IMG/VR virus record: IMGVR_UViG_3300031820_000005
Location: 1 to 49,793 of that record
DNA from: a virus
Taxonomy: Duplodnaviria > Caudoviricetes
Direction: 5' to 3' (one strand)
Length of the DNA stretch: 49,793 bases
The notes under the pieces were generated by a model that saw nothing but the letters and a program-made list of their open reading frames with translations, was not told the origin of the DNA and did not search any database. The translations under genes and the position numbers were made by a program. This document shows, one piece after another, positions 1 to 7,908 of the stretch; within the stretch, counting starts at the first letter, position 1; every line of letters starts with the position of its first letter.

Positions 1-127
1 TGTTCCCCTTTTGTCCCATGACCATTAGACTCGATTAGACCCGATTGGACCCGATTGGTCTATTAGACCAACCCAGGCATTTTATTTAAGGGGGTGATGA
101 CTAGGTTTTTTTTTTTTTTTTTTTTTT
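1..127. repeat. Terminal direct repeat (copy 1), most likely a circular-assembly overlap
   Basis: 1-127 is identical to 49667-49793. 127 nt equals a common assembler k-mer size, so this shows circularity/completeness rather than a proven physical terminal repeat. Confidence 0.9.
2..16. promoter_or_regulatory. Near-consensus alphaproteobacterial LexA (SOS) box
   Basis: GTTC-CCCTTTT-GTCC is GTTC-N7-GTTC with one mismatch; a perfect box is at 48640-48654. Confidence 0.4.
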
Positions 128-228
128 ATAAACTATACCCCACGAACCACACTCCCCCACACTACCCAAGATACGCCACCCCTGGTCTAATAGACCAATC
201 GGATCTAATCGAGTCTAATCGAGTCTAA
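25..228. repeat. 46-bp inverted repeat built of 10-bp units, flanking a T22 tract; candidate replication origin or packaging site
   Basis: Arms 25-70 and 183-228 match at 43/46 as reverse complements; unit about YCGATTRGAC; T run at 106-127; AAAGTGGGCTA tandem at 251-272. Confidence 0.8.
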
Positions 229-341
229 CGGAGCCCCGAGCTTGGGCAGGAAAGTGGGCTAAAAGTGGGCTAAAAAGGCTGATTAGTCTGGATTTGAGCC
301 CTCAACCAAGGATTAGACCCGTTAGACATGAGCGGAATTAA

Positions 342-393
342 TTCTGCGCGGAGCAATTTAATCCTTGACATTTGGACAAAAGTGTGTTATACT
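342..393 (+). promoter_or_regulatory. Sigma70-type early promoter
   Basis: TTGACA (365-370), 17 bp, TATACT (388-393) with extended -10 TG; AGGAG RBS and the first early gene follow. Confidence 0.85.
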
Positions 394-419
394 TGGGGCT
401 AAAGTAGGAGAGCGGGAAG

Positions 420-680
420 ATGACCAAGCCGAAGTCCGAGACCATCAGGCGGCGACTCGAACACGAGCGGCGCATCCGGGAACGCGACTCGGCTTTCAAT
501 GTTGGGGATCTAACCAATCTCTCGGGCTCTGAGCCCTGCCCTAGTCCTTCAACCCCACCATCCCTCGACACGCTGCTGCAGGAAAGACGGGGCCATGATG
601 GCGGGACGAAGTCGAGGCCGGCCTCACGACTAGGGCAGCGCCCAGGACCTGGAAGCCTGGAGAAAGGGATCATCAAATGA
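420..680 (+). CDS. Hypothetical early protein
   Basis: First ORF after the promoter; ATGA overlap with the next gene. Confidence 0.55.
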   Translation: MTKPKSETIRRRLEHERRIRERDSAFNVGDLTNLSGSEPCPSPSTPPSLDTLLQERRGHDGGTKSRPASRLGQRPGPGSLEKGIIK

Positions 681-979
681 GCGAGCAGGAAAAGGCCGAG
701 GAAGTCGGCAAGAAGGCTGAGGCACTTGCCAAGCAATTGGCCAACTTTATGAAGGACCTTCCACCCAGGGAGCAGGCCACTGCTTGTTTAGTGCTCGCGG
801 GCCAGATCATCGGGCAGCAAATGGCCCAGCGAGAGCATCACATGGCCCTCGCGGGTTATCTCTTTGGGGTGCAACTCTTCACCAGCCAAGTGGCCCTTGA
901 GCTGAATGAGGTCCAGCACCCCACGACCGACAACCTGATCCAGTTGCTTCTGAGTGTTGAGAAGGCCCTTCATTCTTGA
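677..979 (+). CDS. Hypothetical protein
   Basis: 100 aa, helical composition, coupled to the upstream ORF. Confidence 0.7.
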   Translation: MSEQEKAEEVGKKAEALAKQLANFMKDLPPREQATACLVLAGQIIGQQMAQREHHMALAGYLFGVQLFTSQVALELNEVQHPTTDNLIQLLLSVEKALHS

Positions 980-1035
980 CCGGGCCGGTCATGTTGCACT
1001 GCACAAATCTTCCTGGTTCACTTCGAGGAAATCCC

Positions 1036-1347
1036 ATGACCCCTGATCAGTTCTTCGAACTTCCACTCTCTGGACTAGTCCAAGCCCTTGAGGCGGCCAA
1101 CCTTCGGGTCACTGAAGCGCTCTGGGACATGCCTGTGGCTGAAACTGGCTCAACTCGTCTCCCCATCCGAAGGGACAAATGGCGCATCATCTCTGTGCCC
1201 AACAACCGCTGGGTTCTTCAAGAGCGATGTGCAAGGCCTCAGGGCGAGCACCGCACGCACTCAGGCTGGAAGCCCAGATCACGGCCCCTTGGCTATGCCG
1301 AGGCCCTTCACCGACTTATGACTGAAACCCCGCAGTGGGAGAACTAG
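1036..1347 (+). CDS. Hypothetical protein
   Basis: ATG at 1036 behind GAGGA (the track starts this frame at 976). Confidence 0.6.
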   Translation: MTPDQFFELPLSGLVQALEAANLRVTEALWDMPVAETGSTRLPIRRDKWRIISVPNNRWVLQERCARPQGEHRTHSGWKPRSRPLGYAEALHRLMTETPQWEN

Positions 1348-1354
1348 TCTAGTG

Positions 1355-1470
1355 CTTGAGGCGCCACATCCCCCATCTCCCGCCCGCTCGTTGTGGCAGG
1401 CCTCAAGGTTCATGATGGACGAGCGGGCTAACTTGGCCAACCTGGGCTAATCCTCCAATCCAGGTTGGCC
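1355..1470 (+). ncRNA. Candidate structured RNA (pseudoknot plus 11-bp hairpin)
   Basis: Intergenic; stems 1355-1362/1400-1407 and 1363-1368/1392-1397; loop 1382-1391 complementary to 1419-1428; hairpin 1435-1445/1460-1470. Confidence 0.5.
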
Positions 1471-1490
1471 CCTTTCAAGGACCCAAGCGA

Positions 1491-1661
1491 ATGAAAGACT
1501 GGAGCAAGCCCTATCTCAAGGAAATGAGCCGGGATAAGATCGTGCCCAGCGTGAAGCGGGAGCGGCAAGTCGAGCGGGCCTTCGACAAGAGCAAGTCTCT
1601 CGAAGAAGCCCGGGATAAGATCAAAGACGTGGTGGACAAGTCGCGGAAGGAAAAGAACTAA
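1491..1661 (+). CDS. Small basic hypothetical protein (56 aa, absent from ORF track)
   Basis: AAGGA RBS; MKDWSKPYLKEMSRDK...KEKN; stop abuts the next ATG. Confidence 0.65.
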   Translation: MKDWSKPYLKEMSRDKIVPSVKRERQVERAFDKSKSLEEARDKIKDVVDKSRKEKN

Positions 1662-1958
1662 ATGCCCCACTGTCACCTATGCCAAAGGTGGATGCCTTCG
1701 CTCCTAACGGGCCACCTCTTCACTGAGCAGGGCCTCAAGCCCTGCTGCTTTCCATGCGCCGAGGCCAAGACTTATGCAATGCGCATGCCTCAGCTCCCAG
1801 AGGAACTCCCAGGGTATTCCCTACACCTAATCTCGGCCCTGAGCCGTGCACGGGGCGATGGCCTCTTCCACGGTTCAGGGGCGCGATCCGGCCCTTCGGG
1901 CAAGACCCGACGGCAGGGAAACGGGCTTCGCCAGCCCAACAGGAGTAAGCTCTCATGA
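1662..1958 (+). CDS. Hypothetical protein with possible N-terminal Zn finger
   Basis: CHLC...CCFPC; the 3' half overlaps strong hairpins and is less protein-like. Confidence 0.45.
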   Translation: MPHCHLCQRWMPSLLTGHLFTEQGLKPCCFPCAEAKTYAMRMPQLPEELPGYSLHLISALSRARGDGLFHGSGARSGPSGKTRRQGNGLRQPNRSKLS

Positions 1959-2446
1959 CTCTCCAAGATGATCTCCGCGAACACCAATTCCTCGTCGTTG
2001 CGCGCAAGGAACGAGAAACTGCAATCGTGGAGGCCGAAATGAGCTACATCACCACCATCGTCCATTCAGTGGCGCGCAAGGTCGGCTTTCTCACCCGGGC
2101 CGATGTTCAGGCCCTTGAGCAGAACCTCGTCCATGTTCTCAACTCCCAGCTTGAGGACGTAAAGCGGCACCTATCGGACCATGAAACCCGGCTCTCTGAG
2201 GTCGAGGCCCTTGCCATCAACGGGGCCAACCTTGACGACCACAAGATGGTCAAGCAACGGGTCGACTCGGCCCACTCCCGCATTGACGAATGCGTGACCC
2301 AGGCCCTTGACCTCACGAACTACATTAGCCGCCAAGATGGGCGCATCGATCACGCCCATAACCGTTACGACATCATCAACGAGCGAGTCGGCCGCCTGGA
2401 GCTAGTATTGAACGCTCTGGGCAAGGTTCTTAACCCCAACTCATAG
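1955..2446 (+). CDS. Coiled-coil hypothetical protein
   Basis: AGGAG RBS; heptad-like pattern with repeated AHSRID/AHNRYD. Confidence 0.75.
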   Translation: MTLQDDLREHQFLVVARKERETAIVEAEMSYITTIVHSVARKVGFLTRADVQALEQNLVHVLNSQLEDVKRHLSDHETRLSEVEALAINGANLDDHKMVKQRVDSAHSRIDECVTQALDLTNYISRQDGRIDHAHNRYDIINERVGRLELVLNALGKVLNPNS

Positions 2447-2460
2447 TCAATTTATTGGAG

Positions 2461-2482
2461 GGGGCTCCGGCCCCTTCCCCTT
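2461..2482 (+). terminator. GC hairpin, possible weak terminator
   Basis: GGGGC-TCCG-GCCCC then TTCCCCTT, intergenic; poor U tract. Confidence 0.35.
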
Positions 2483-2533
2483 AGGCCATTTGCCCAACAA
2501 GAACACTTCCCTTAGCACTAATGGAGACCATCA

Positions 2534-2755
2534 ATGAAAAGGCCCAAGTCTCACGACCCTGACATTCCCCAGATCCTGGAAATGCTCCAGGGCCAAGCCC
2601 TTGCCAAGTTCGCCAGGCGGGCTCACCTCTCGGCTTCCACTCTCTACAAGCTGAGATCAGGCAAAACCCGCAGCCCCCAACACCGCACCCTATCGGCCAT
2701 TGCCGAGGTTCAGGGCCTTCGATGTTATTGGCTCAAACCCAGGGGAAATCGATAA
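2534..2755 (+). CDS. XRE/Cro-family helix-turn-helix protein
   Basis: LAKFARRAHLSASTLYKLRSGKTRSPQHRTLSAIA pattern; GGAG RBS. Confidence 0.8.
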   Translation: MKRPKSHDPDIPQILEMLQGQALAKFARRAHLSASTLYKLRSGKTRSPQHRTLSAIAEVQGLRCYWLKPRGNR

Positions 2756-2756
2756 C

Positions 2757-2990
2757 ATGGCCAAGCAACTAATCGAGGTTACATTCGTCACCTTCTTTGA
2801 ATACGACTTCCAAGAAGAGGGCGCTTCACCCAACCTTAAAGCCCTTGAAGAATACTGCAACGGATACCCAGGCGATCCTTGGGAATGGTCCGATGCAAAC
2901 GAGGTGAAGGTTACACTCAAAGAAGGTGGTCCAGTGGGCGGCTATCGACCGTTCCATAACCCTGATGGGGATCCACCCAAGGTCGCTTGA
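2757..2990 (+). CDS. Hypothetical protein
   Basis: In-frame ATG directly after the upstream stop. Confidence 0.6.
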   Translation: MAKQLIEVTFVTFFEYDFQEEGASPNLKALEEYCNGYPGDPWEWSDANEVKVTLKEGGPVGGYRPFHNPDGDPPKVA

Positions 2991-3205
2991 TGAACCTCTA
3001 CAAGGCCCAGTTTCACTATTTCTCCCGCGTCCCTTGGATCTTCAAGGTCCACCGGACTCGGGAGCTTTTGATCATTGCCCCCTCAAGGGATAGGGCAAAG
3101 GCCCTGCTGCGCCCGAGGATTGCCAAGTTCAAGCCTTTTGGAATTCAATTGATTTGCCTTCGACAAGTCAAGAGCAAGGAACGAATCCCGGGAGCCCTGA
3201 GATGA
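2990..3205 (+). CDS. Basic hypothetical protein
   Basis: TGATG coupling with the upstream ORF. Confidence 0.55.
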   Translation: MNLYKAQFHYFSRVPWIFKVHRTRELLIIAPSRDRAKALLRPRIAKFKPFGIQLICLRQVKSKERIPGALR

Positions 3206-3375
3206 CTCGAGCCAATTTCCAATGGTGTGAAAAGTGCGGTGAAGACACCGACCATGAATTTCAGGCGGCCGAGCCTGACGTTGGCATTATGTCCAATGGC
3301 TGGATCTGCCTCGCTTGTGGCCACAGCACAATAGCCGAAGACGATGATGAACCGGATTGGGTGGACATCAGATGA
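3202..3375 (+). CDS. Small Zn-ribbon protein with acidic tail
   Basis: CEKC...CLAC; ATGA overlaps on both sides. Confidence 0.65.
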   Translation: MTRANFQWCEKCGEDTDHEFQAAEPDVGIMSNGWICLACGHSTIAEDDDEPDWVDIR

Positions 3376-3692
3376 CCCTCGACCACCTCCCGCCCGAATT
3401 CGCGGCCCTTATCTGGGCCCGAGGCGACCGGATCTTCCTGTCCTTGCCCTCGCCCATCGACGGGGCTCGGCCTCAGGTGCTTCAGTTTCCCCTCACTGTG
3501 CGGGGGCTCAACCAGGCCCTTCGAGTGTTGATCGAGCGGGAGAAGGAGACTCTTCCCCTGTTGGGCACCCCAGCCACGCCACTCCAGCACGAGACCGACA
3601 AGAAAACAAGGACAACCACTCGCGCCCCGGTCAATCCCGAAGAGGCGCGAAAGGCTGGGGAGTGGCTCAAGCGAAGAGGATTTACCCCCTAG
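3372..3692 (+). CDS. Hypothetical protein
   Basis: ATGA-coupled ORF filling the operon. Confidence 0.65.
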   Translation: MTLDHLPPEFAALIWARGDRIFLSLPSPIDGARPQVLQFPLTVRGLNQALRVLIEREKETLPLLGTPATPLQHETDKKTRTTTRAPVNPEEARKAGEWLKRRGFTP

Positions 3693-3703
3693 GAGTAAAA
3701 TCA

Positions 3704-4165
3704 ATGAAAGAACCCTTCCTCGACATTACTATCACCAAAGACGATATCAAGCCCCAGATTGCCCAAGCCATCAAAGACTTGGTCAAAGCCCATGAGGCGG
3801 GCAAGGTCCGGGGGATCTTCTATGTCGCCGACGTGGGCGACGAGAACCGAGCCGCGGTTTGCATCATCGAAGACTCACGGTTCCATTGCCAAACCATTGC
3901 CCGAAACCTGCTCAACGAACATGGGAAGTGGGAACCCCCTCCGGATGAAAGTGCGCCCCATGAAATCCAGGTGGAATACTTCCTCTCCCGCCTGGCCTCG
4001 GAGTTCATCAAGGGCCACATCGGCGCCCTGACCGTCATTACTGTGCCCCCTGGTGGCCAGGACTCAGGAGTTGTTTGCTTTGGCAACGACGAAGCGGCCC
4101 GGGACACTATGGTTAAGGAACTCCATGGGGCAGTGCTTCGCATCCACAAGGGGCCGAGCCAATGA
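3704..4165 (+). CDS. Hypothetical protein with possible two-fold internal repeat
   Basis: AGGAG RBS before ATG 3704; segments AHEAGKVRGIFYV and EFIKGHIGALTVI. Confidence 0.7.
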   Translation: MKEPFLDITITKDDIKPQIAQAIKDLVKAHEAGKVRGIFYVADVGDENRAAVCIIEDSRFHCQTIARNLLNEHGKWEPPPDESAPHEIQVEYFLSRLASEFIKGHIGALTVITVPPGGQDSGVVCFGNDEAARDTMVKELHGAVLRIHKGPSQ

Positions 4166-4395
4166 CCCTTCAAGAGCCCTTCCAGGTCGACCACTCAGCC
4201 ATGGCTCGGGCCCAACTCCTCTTCCTGGCTGAGCACATGCCGCCCTCCGACGCGATGATGGTTATCACCATGATGGCCGTGATGCTGCATATCGAAAGCA
4301 CGGGTCCAGGCGCCCGCAGCATTTACAAGGCGGCCAACATTATGAAGCAGAATATGATCGACCTCTATTGCATGATCGAGAGGACCCACCAATGA
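4162..4395 (+). CDS. Hypothetical protein
   Basis: ATGA-coupled on both sides. Confidence 0.65.
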   Translation: MTLQEPFQVDHSAMARAQLLFLAEHMPPSDAMMVITMMAVMLHIESTGPGARSIYKAANIMKQNMIDLYCMIERTHQ

Positions 4396-4664
4396 AGTCC
4401 ATTCGTGAAGTTATCGCCAACTGGCGAACTTGGCCGAATGACCCCCGGGTTATCTTCGGCTGGCAAATCACTGAGGCCGACCGGATCCTCAAGGTTATCG
4501 AACAGGGCGGCTATCGCATTATCACTGCCGAGCAGGCTGAGAAGGCCGCTCTCTTGTTCAACTATCCCAAACCCTGCATCATCATTTCCCAAGACGAATA
4601 TGATGATCTTCAGGCCATTAAGAATTGCTGGGAAGACGGAGATGGGGAATGGCCTGGATCCTAG
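4392..4664 (+). CDS. Hypothetical protein
   Basis: GAGGA RBS, ATGA overlap. Confidence 0.65.
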   Translation: MKSIREVIANWRTWPNDPRVIFGWQITEADRILKVIEQGGYRIITAEQAEKAALLFNYPKPCIIISQDEYDDLQAIKNCWEDGDGEWPGS

Positions 4665-4831
4665 TCGTCTGCTTTGCCTCTTGCCAGGACCCGATCTATG
4701 TCCTCTTCCCTGATCGATCCTCCTGTCAGGAAGAACGTCGAGTCGCCCTCTCACGGGGCGCTGACATCGCCGCCTGCCTTGAACGAGACCAACACATCAA
4801 CGAGGAGCCCAAACATGAACCCCAAAACTAA
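4649..4831 (+). CDS. Small Cys-containing hypothetical protein
   Basis: MAWILVVCFASC...C...C; fills the gap between neighbours. Confidence 0.5.
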   Translation: MAWILVVCFASCQDPIYVLFPDRSSCQEERRVALSRGADIAACLERDQHINEEPKHEPQN

Positions 4832-5054
4832 CATGGCTAGCGTGAACCTGAATGAAACCGAACTCCGGGCCCTGATCTCAACCCATGGCCAGTGGCTCTA
4901 CAACAATGCTTACAGGTGGGGCGAGGATCAAATCCTGGACACAATCCAGCGAGCGGGCGCGTATGCCCTTGAAATCAAAAGGATGCGACATGAAGAGAAA
5001 AACCTTACTCCTAGCTCTTCTCCTAGCCCTGAACCCAACGAGCGCCTGGACTAA
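4815..5054 (+). CDS. Hypothetical protein
   Basis: GAGGAG RBS before ATG 4815. Confidence 0.6.
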   Translation: MNPKTNMASVNLNETELRALISTHGQWLYNNAYRWGEDQILDTIQRAGAYALEIKRMRHEEKNLTPSSSPSPEPNERLD

Positions 5055-5090
5055 ATGCTGGGGCACCAAATCCGAACTCAGGAGTAACCA

Positions 5091-5693
5091 ATGCGCGACC
5101 CTGGCCAAGGCCCGAAAGGCCCACCCAACGGCCCACCTCCTATGGACCCGAAGGTTATCCCCTTCCCAGTCGTACCCAGAGGGAAGCAAAGCGTCTGGCT
5201 CGTTAGCTGGAGCGACGACCCTCTCCCAGATTCCAAAGCCTTCCAGCTCCTTATCAACGCAGGGTTCCACCCCCACGAAGCCCTTAGGTTTCTCAACCAG
5301 CACAAAGCCCCTCCAAGGTCCCTCCTTTACGACGTCCACGCGGCCGAGTATTGGGCCAAAAACGCACCCCAGCCCTTGGCTAGTGAATTCCCCGATCCCG
5401 TACTGGAACATCCCTGGGTCGATTTTCCCGCCCCTAGTCAAGCATCCGGATTTCGTGGGCGGCCGACTCAACGAGGAGAACCCGTGGTGGCTTCGGTACA
5501 CCCACCCACATCTCCACGCCCTCGTAGAGTACCACGACTAATGGACCGGTTCCTCCTCGGCTTCGTCTCGGGCGCGAGCACTGCAATCGGCGCCATTACC
5601 TTCGTCTCGGGCAAGCCACTTGCCTCCATTGGCTTCATCCTCATGGCTTGCCTCGCCACTTTCTATGACATCTACAAGGAGACTCCTCGATGA
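5091..5693 (+). CDS. Hypothetical protein(s); gene boundaries ambiguous
   Basis: AGGAG RBS at the start. The hydrophobic last 50 aa (from ATG 5541) may be a separate membrane protein, because a second open frame stops at TAATG 5539-5543. Confidence 0.45.
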   Translation: MRDPGQGPKGPPNGPPPMDPKVIPFPVVPRGKQSVWLVSWSDDPLPDSKAFQLLINAGFHPHEALRFLNQHKAPPRSLLYDVHAAEYWAKNAPQPLASEFPDPVLEHPWVDFPAPSQASGFRGRPTQRGEPVVASVHPPTSPRPRRVPRLMDRFLLGFVSGASTAIGAITFVSGKPLASIGFILMACLATFYDIYKETPR

Positions 5694-5995
5694 GTGAAAA
5701 GAACGAGACCCTCACCCGCCTGATCAAGCTTCTCGCCACCACCCCTGATGAGAAGCTGGTCGCCCACCTCACCAACGAGCTGAACCACTATGTGGCCGTG
5801 GTCCATGACCGTGGGAAGCGGAAGACCCTGACCCCCGGCGACATGCGGTGCCTTCTCAACCGCATGCTTGATGTGATCATCACCGTGCCTGAGCCCGATC
5901 TCTCAAAGCTGGCCCAAGAGCTCGAAGAGATCAAAGACGAGGTCAATCAGGCCCAAAGCAAGAGCGTGGTCACAATCAAGCCGGTGACGAGATGA
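5690..5995 (+). CDS. Hypothetical protein
   Basis: AAGGAG RBS; ATGA overlaps. Confidence 0.7.
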   Translation: MSEKNETLTRLIKLLATTPDEKLVAHLTNELNHYVAVVHDRGKRKTLTPGDMRCLLNRMLDVIITVPEPDLSKLAQELEEIKDEVNQAQSKSVVTIKPVTR

Positions 5996-6261
5996 CTCTG
6001 GAAGAACTTCTGGAAGAAGTCAAGGACCGGGGACTCTTGGTCAACAACCTCTTCCAGCTCGATGACGGGAGCTGGCAGTGTAACCTGCGCAAGGTCGACG
6101 GCGTGCAATGGGTATGCTGTGCTTTTGCCCTTGAGCCGACCCCCCACGCAGCCATTCTCGAGGCCTTATCCAAGCCGCTGGATTTTCCGGCGATAGAAGT
6201 TGGGCTACTCCCAGCCGACAAGCCAAGGCTCACCCTTCGCGATATTGGGCTAAAGAAATGA
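5992..6261 (+). CDS. Hypothetical protein ending KPRLTLRDIGLKK
   Basis: ATGA overlaps on both sides. Confidence 0.7.
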   Translation: MTLEELLEEVKDRGLLVNNLFQLDDGSWQCNLRKVDGVQWVCCAFALEPTPHAAILEALSKPLDFPAIEVGLLPADKPRLTLRDIGLKK

Positions 6262-6617
6262 CCCAAGAAGGCTTCTGCCCCACCTGCGACCAGCCCCTTA
6301 GCGAGCCCTGGGGGCTGGAAATTCCCTTCAAACGCAAGGTCATTTGGCGGGGTCAACTCTTGCCCTTGAGTGGGCAGAATGTCTTAGTTCTTTGGATCCT
6401 TCGTGATCAGTTAGGCAATTTAGTCACCTACGAAGTCATTTCCAAGTACATCTGGGGCAAACGAGGCGCCCCAGCCCATCAGCGGGACATCATGCGCAAG
6501 CATGTTGACAAAATCCGCCTAGTGTTCCTCGCCCACGACGTGCCATTCAAGATAATCACCTTTCGGGGCGAGGGCTTCACCATGCTTCCAAAGGAGCACG
6601 CTCATGGAACTGTTTGA
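6258..6617 (+). CDS. Stand-alone OmpR/PhoB-type winged-helix DNA-binding protein
   Basis: LS...VLWIL...GNLVTYEVISKYIWG...IMRKHVDKIR...IITFRGEGF; N-terminal CPTC; no receiver domain. Confidence 0.75.
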   Translation: MTQEGFCPTCDQPLSEPWGLEIPFKRKVIWRGQLLPLSGQNVLVLWILRDQLGNLVTYEVISKYIWGKRGAPAHQRDIMRKHVDKIRLVFLAHDVPFKIITFRGEGFTMLPKEHAHGTV

Positions 6618-6691
6618 ACCAATCGCCTGGATCGTCCTAACCCTTGCCTTCCTCACCGGCCTGTTCCTGGCCATAGACCCGGAGGCCCCCA

Positions 6692-6901
6692 ATGGCCGTG
6701 CCCACTGAGACCGAGATCTACGACGCCCTTATCTACCATGTTAGGCAAAGCGCCGAGCAATGTCGGCGCATGGCCATGGCCCAGCGGGAGGACCAATACC
6801 CGATGTGGATGAAAATCGCCTCGAACCTGGATCGGACCGCGGACCATATCATCAAGCTTCACGGCTCGCGGGTGGCCATCGCCCTGGGAAAGGCCAACTG
6901 A
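6692..6901 (+). CDS. Hypothetical protein
   Basis: GGAGG RBS. Confidence 0.65.
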   Translation: MAVPTETEIYDALIYHVRQSAEQCRRMAMAQREDQYPMWMKIASNLDRTADHIIKLHGSRVAIALGKAN

Positions 6902-7086
6902 TGCCGAAGCTCACCATCGTTTGGGACCCCGAAGGCCTAATTGGTCGTGATCCCCAATGGGAACAGGCCCAGCATCGTCGAGGGGTTCGCTTTGCCGACC
7001 TCGACGTTACCAACGACATCGAAAACATCGACCGTTATCACATTGCCCGGCGCTTGGCCGAGCTACTTCTGGAGCAACTGCCATGA
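6901..7086 (+). CDS. Hypothetical protein
   Basis: TGATG coupling at 6899-6903. Confidence 0.6.
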   Translation: MPKLTIVWDPEGLIGRDPQWEQAQHRRGVRFADLDVTNDIENIDRYHIARRLAELLLEQLP

Positions 7087-7165
7087 CCGTTGAAGAACTC
7101 TTCTGCGAACGCAACATGGTTATTCTGGCCCTGATCATCCTTGTGGCCTTCATGTGGAGCGGCCA

Positions 7166-7354
7166 ATGACCTGGGTTGTTAGAGCCTATCTATGGACCAA
7201 TGGCCAAACCATGGCCTTTGACGACAAAGGCCAGCAAGTCCCTGAATACCAAGGTGAAGGCATGGTGATGGTCCCTAAGCTTCGTAAGGACTTCCCAGAC
7301 CTGCTCATCGAAGGCGTTGATTGGGCAACCGACATGGCGAGGATAATCAAATGA
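7166..7354 (+). CDS. Hypothetical protein
   Basis: GGAG RBS; ATGA overlaps. Confidence 0.6.
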   Translation: MTWVVRAYLWTNGQTMAFDDKGQQVPEYQGEGMVMVPKLRKDFPDLLIEGVDWATDMARIIK

Positions 7355-7908
7355 CCGCCGGCTCCATTGACGACCACCTCGGCTCCTCAATCGAGCTAGC
7401 CCGCCTGATCGAGCAGTTCCCATCCTTCGGCGATTACCTGGCCCAGGCCGAGGACTTCGACCTCAACACCGAATACGACTGCCCCTTCGTCGGGGGCATT
7501 ACTGATGATGGGCAAACCCCTCTCGGTGATAGGCACTTCAATTGGGACTGGAACGGCCTGATCATCAAGCCTTGCATTCGAGAGCACGAGTGCACTGAAT
7601 GGGGCCTTCGGGAGTTCTGTCGAATTGGGGTGGACTATGAGAAGGATCCAAGGGGCCATCGCTTGGCCAACCGAGCTGAGCTAGATGAGCTAACTCGCCA
7701 GCTCTATCTCCAACAAATCAACGACGAGCGGAGGTCGATGAACGAGAAAGAACTCTGGGAAGCCTACGACGCCTTCATTGATCCACAAGTGAAGGGAGTG
7801 GAAGGCGAAAAGATCACCCTGATCCACCCCCAGCTAGCCCTCTACCCCTACAAAGGCACTCCACTCTACGACAAGTTGGTTAAACTCCTAGCAAAGGACA
7901 ATACCTGA
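7351..7908 (+). CDS. Hypothetical acidic protein, possible metal-binding HExxE motif
   Basis: GAGGA RBS; REHECTE...GH...E; coupled to the helicase gene. Confidence 0.65.
   Translation: MTAGSIDDHLGSSIELARLIEQFPSFGDYLAQAEDFDLNTEYDCPFVGGITDDGQTPLGDRHFNWDWNGLIIKPCIREHECTEWGLREFCRIGVDYEKDPRGHRLANRAELDELTRQLYLQQINDERRSMNEKELWEAYDAFIDPQVKGVEGEKITLIHPQLALYPYKGTPLYDKLVKLLAKDNT

Noticed and set aside
21-230. CRISPR array
   Set aside because: Units are 10-bp tandem and inverted with no unique spacers; the Cas4-like gene sits in a recombination module with no other cas genes.
338-361. CtrA box near the early promoter
   Set aside because: The two TTAA half-sites are 16 bp apart, not the canonical 7.
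1355-1490. HDV-like or hammerhead ribozyme
   Set aside because: I could not fit the P1-P4 order of HDV or a CUGANGA/GAAA core by eye.
1837-1910. Functional group II intron
   Set aside because: Only a DV-like hairpin is present; no GUGYG start, other domains or RT. Kept only as a structured-RNA finding.
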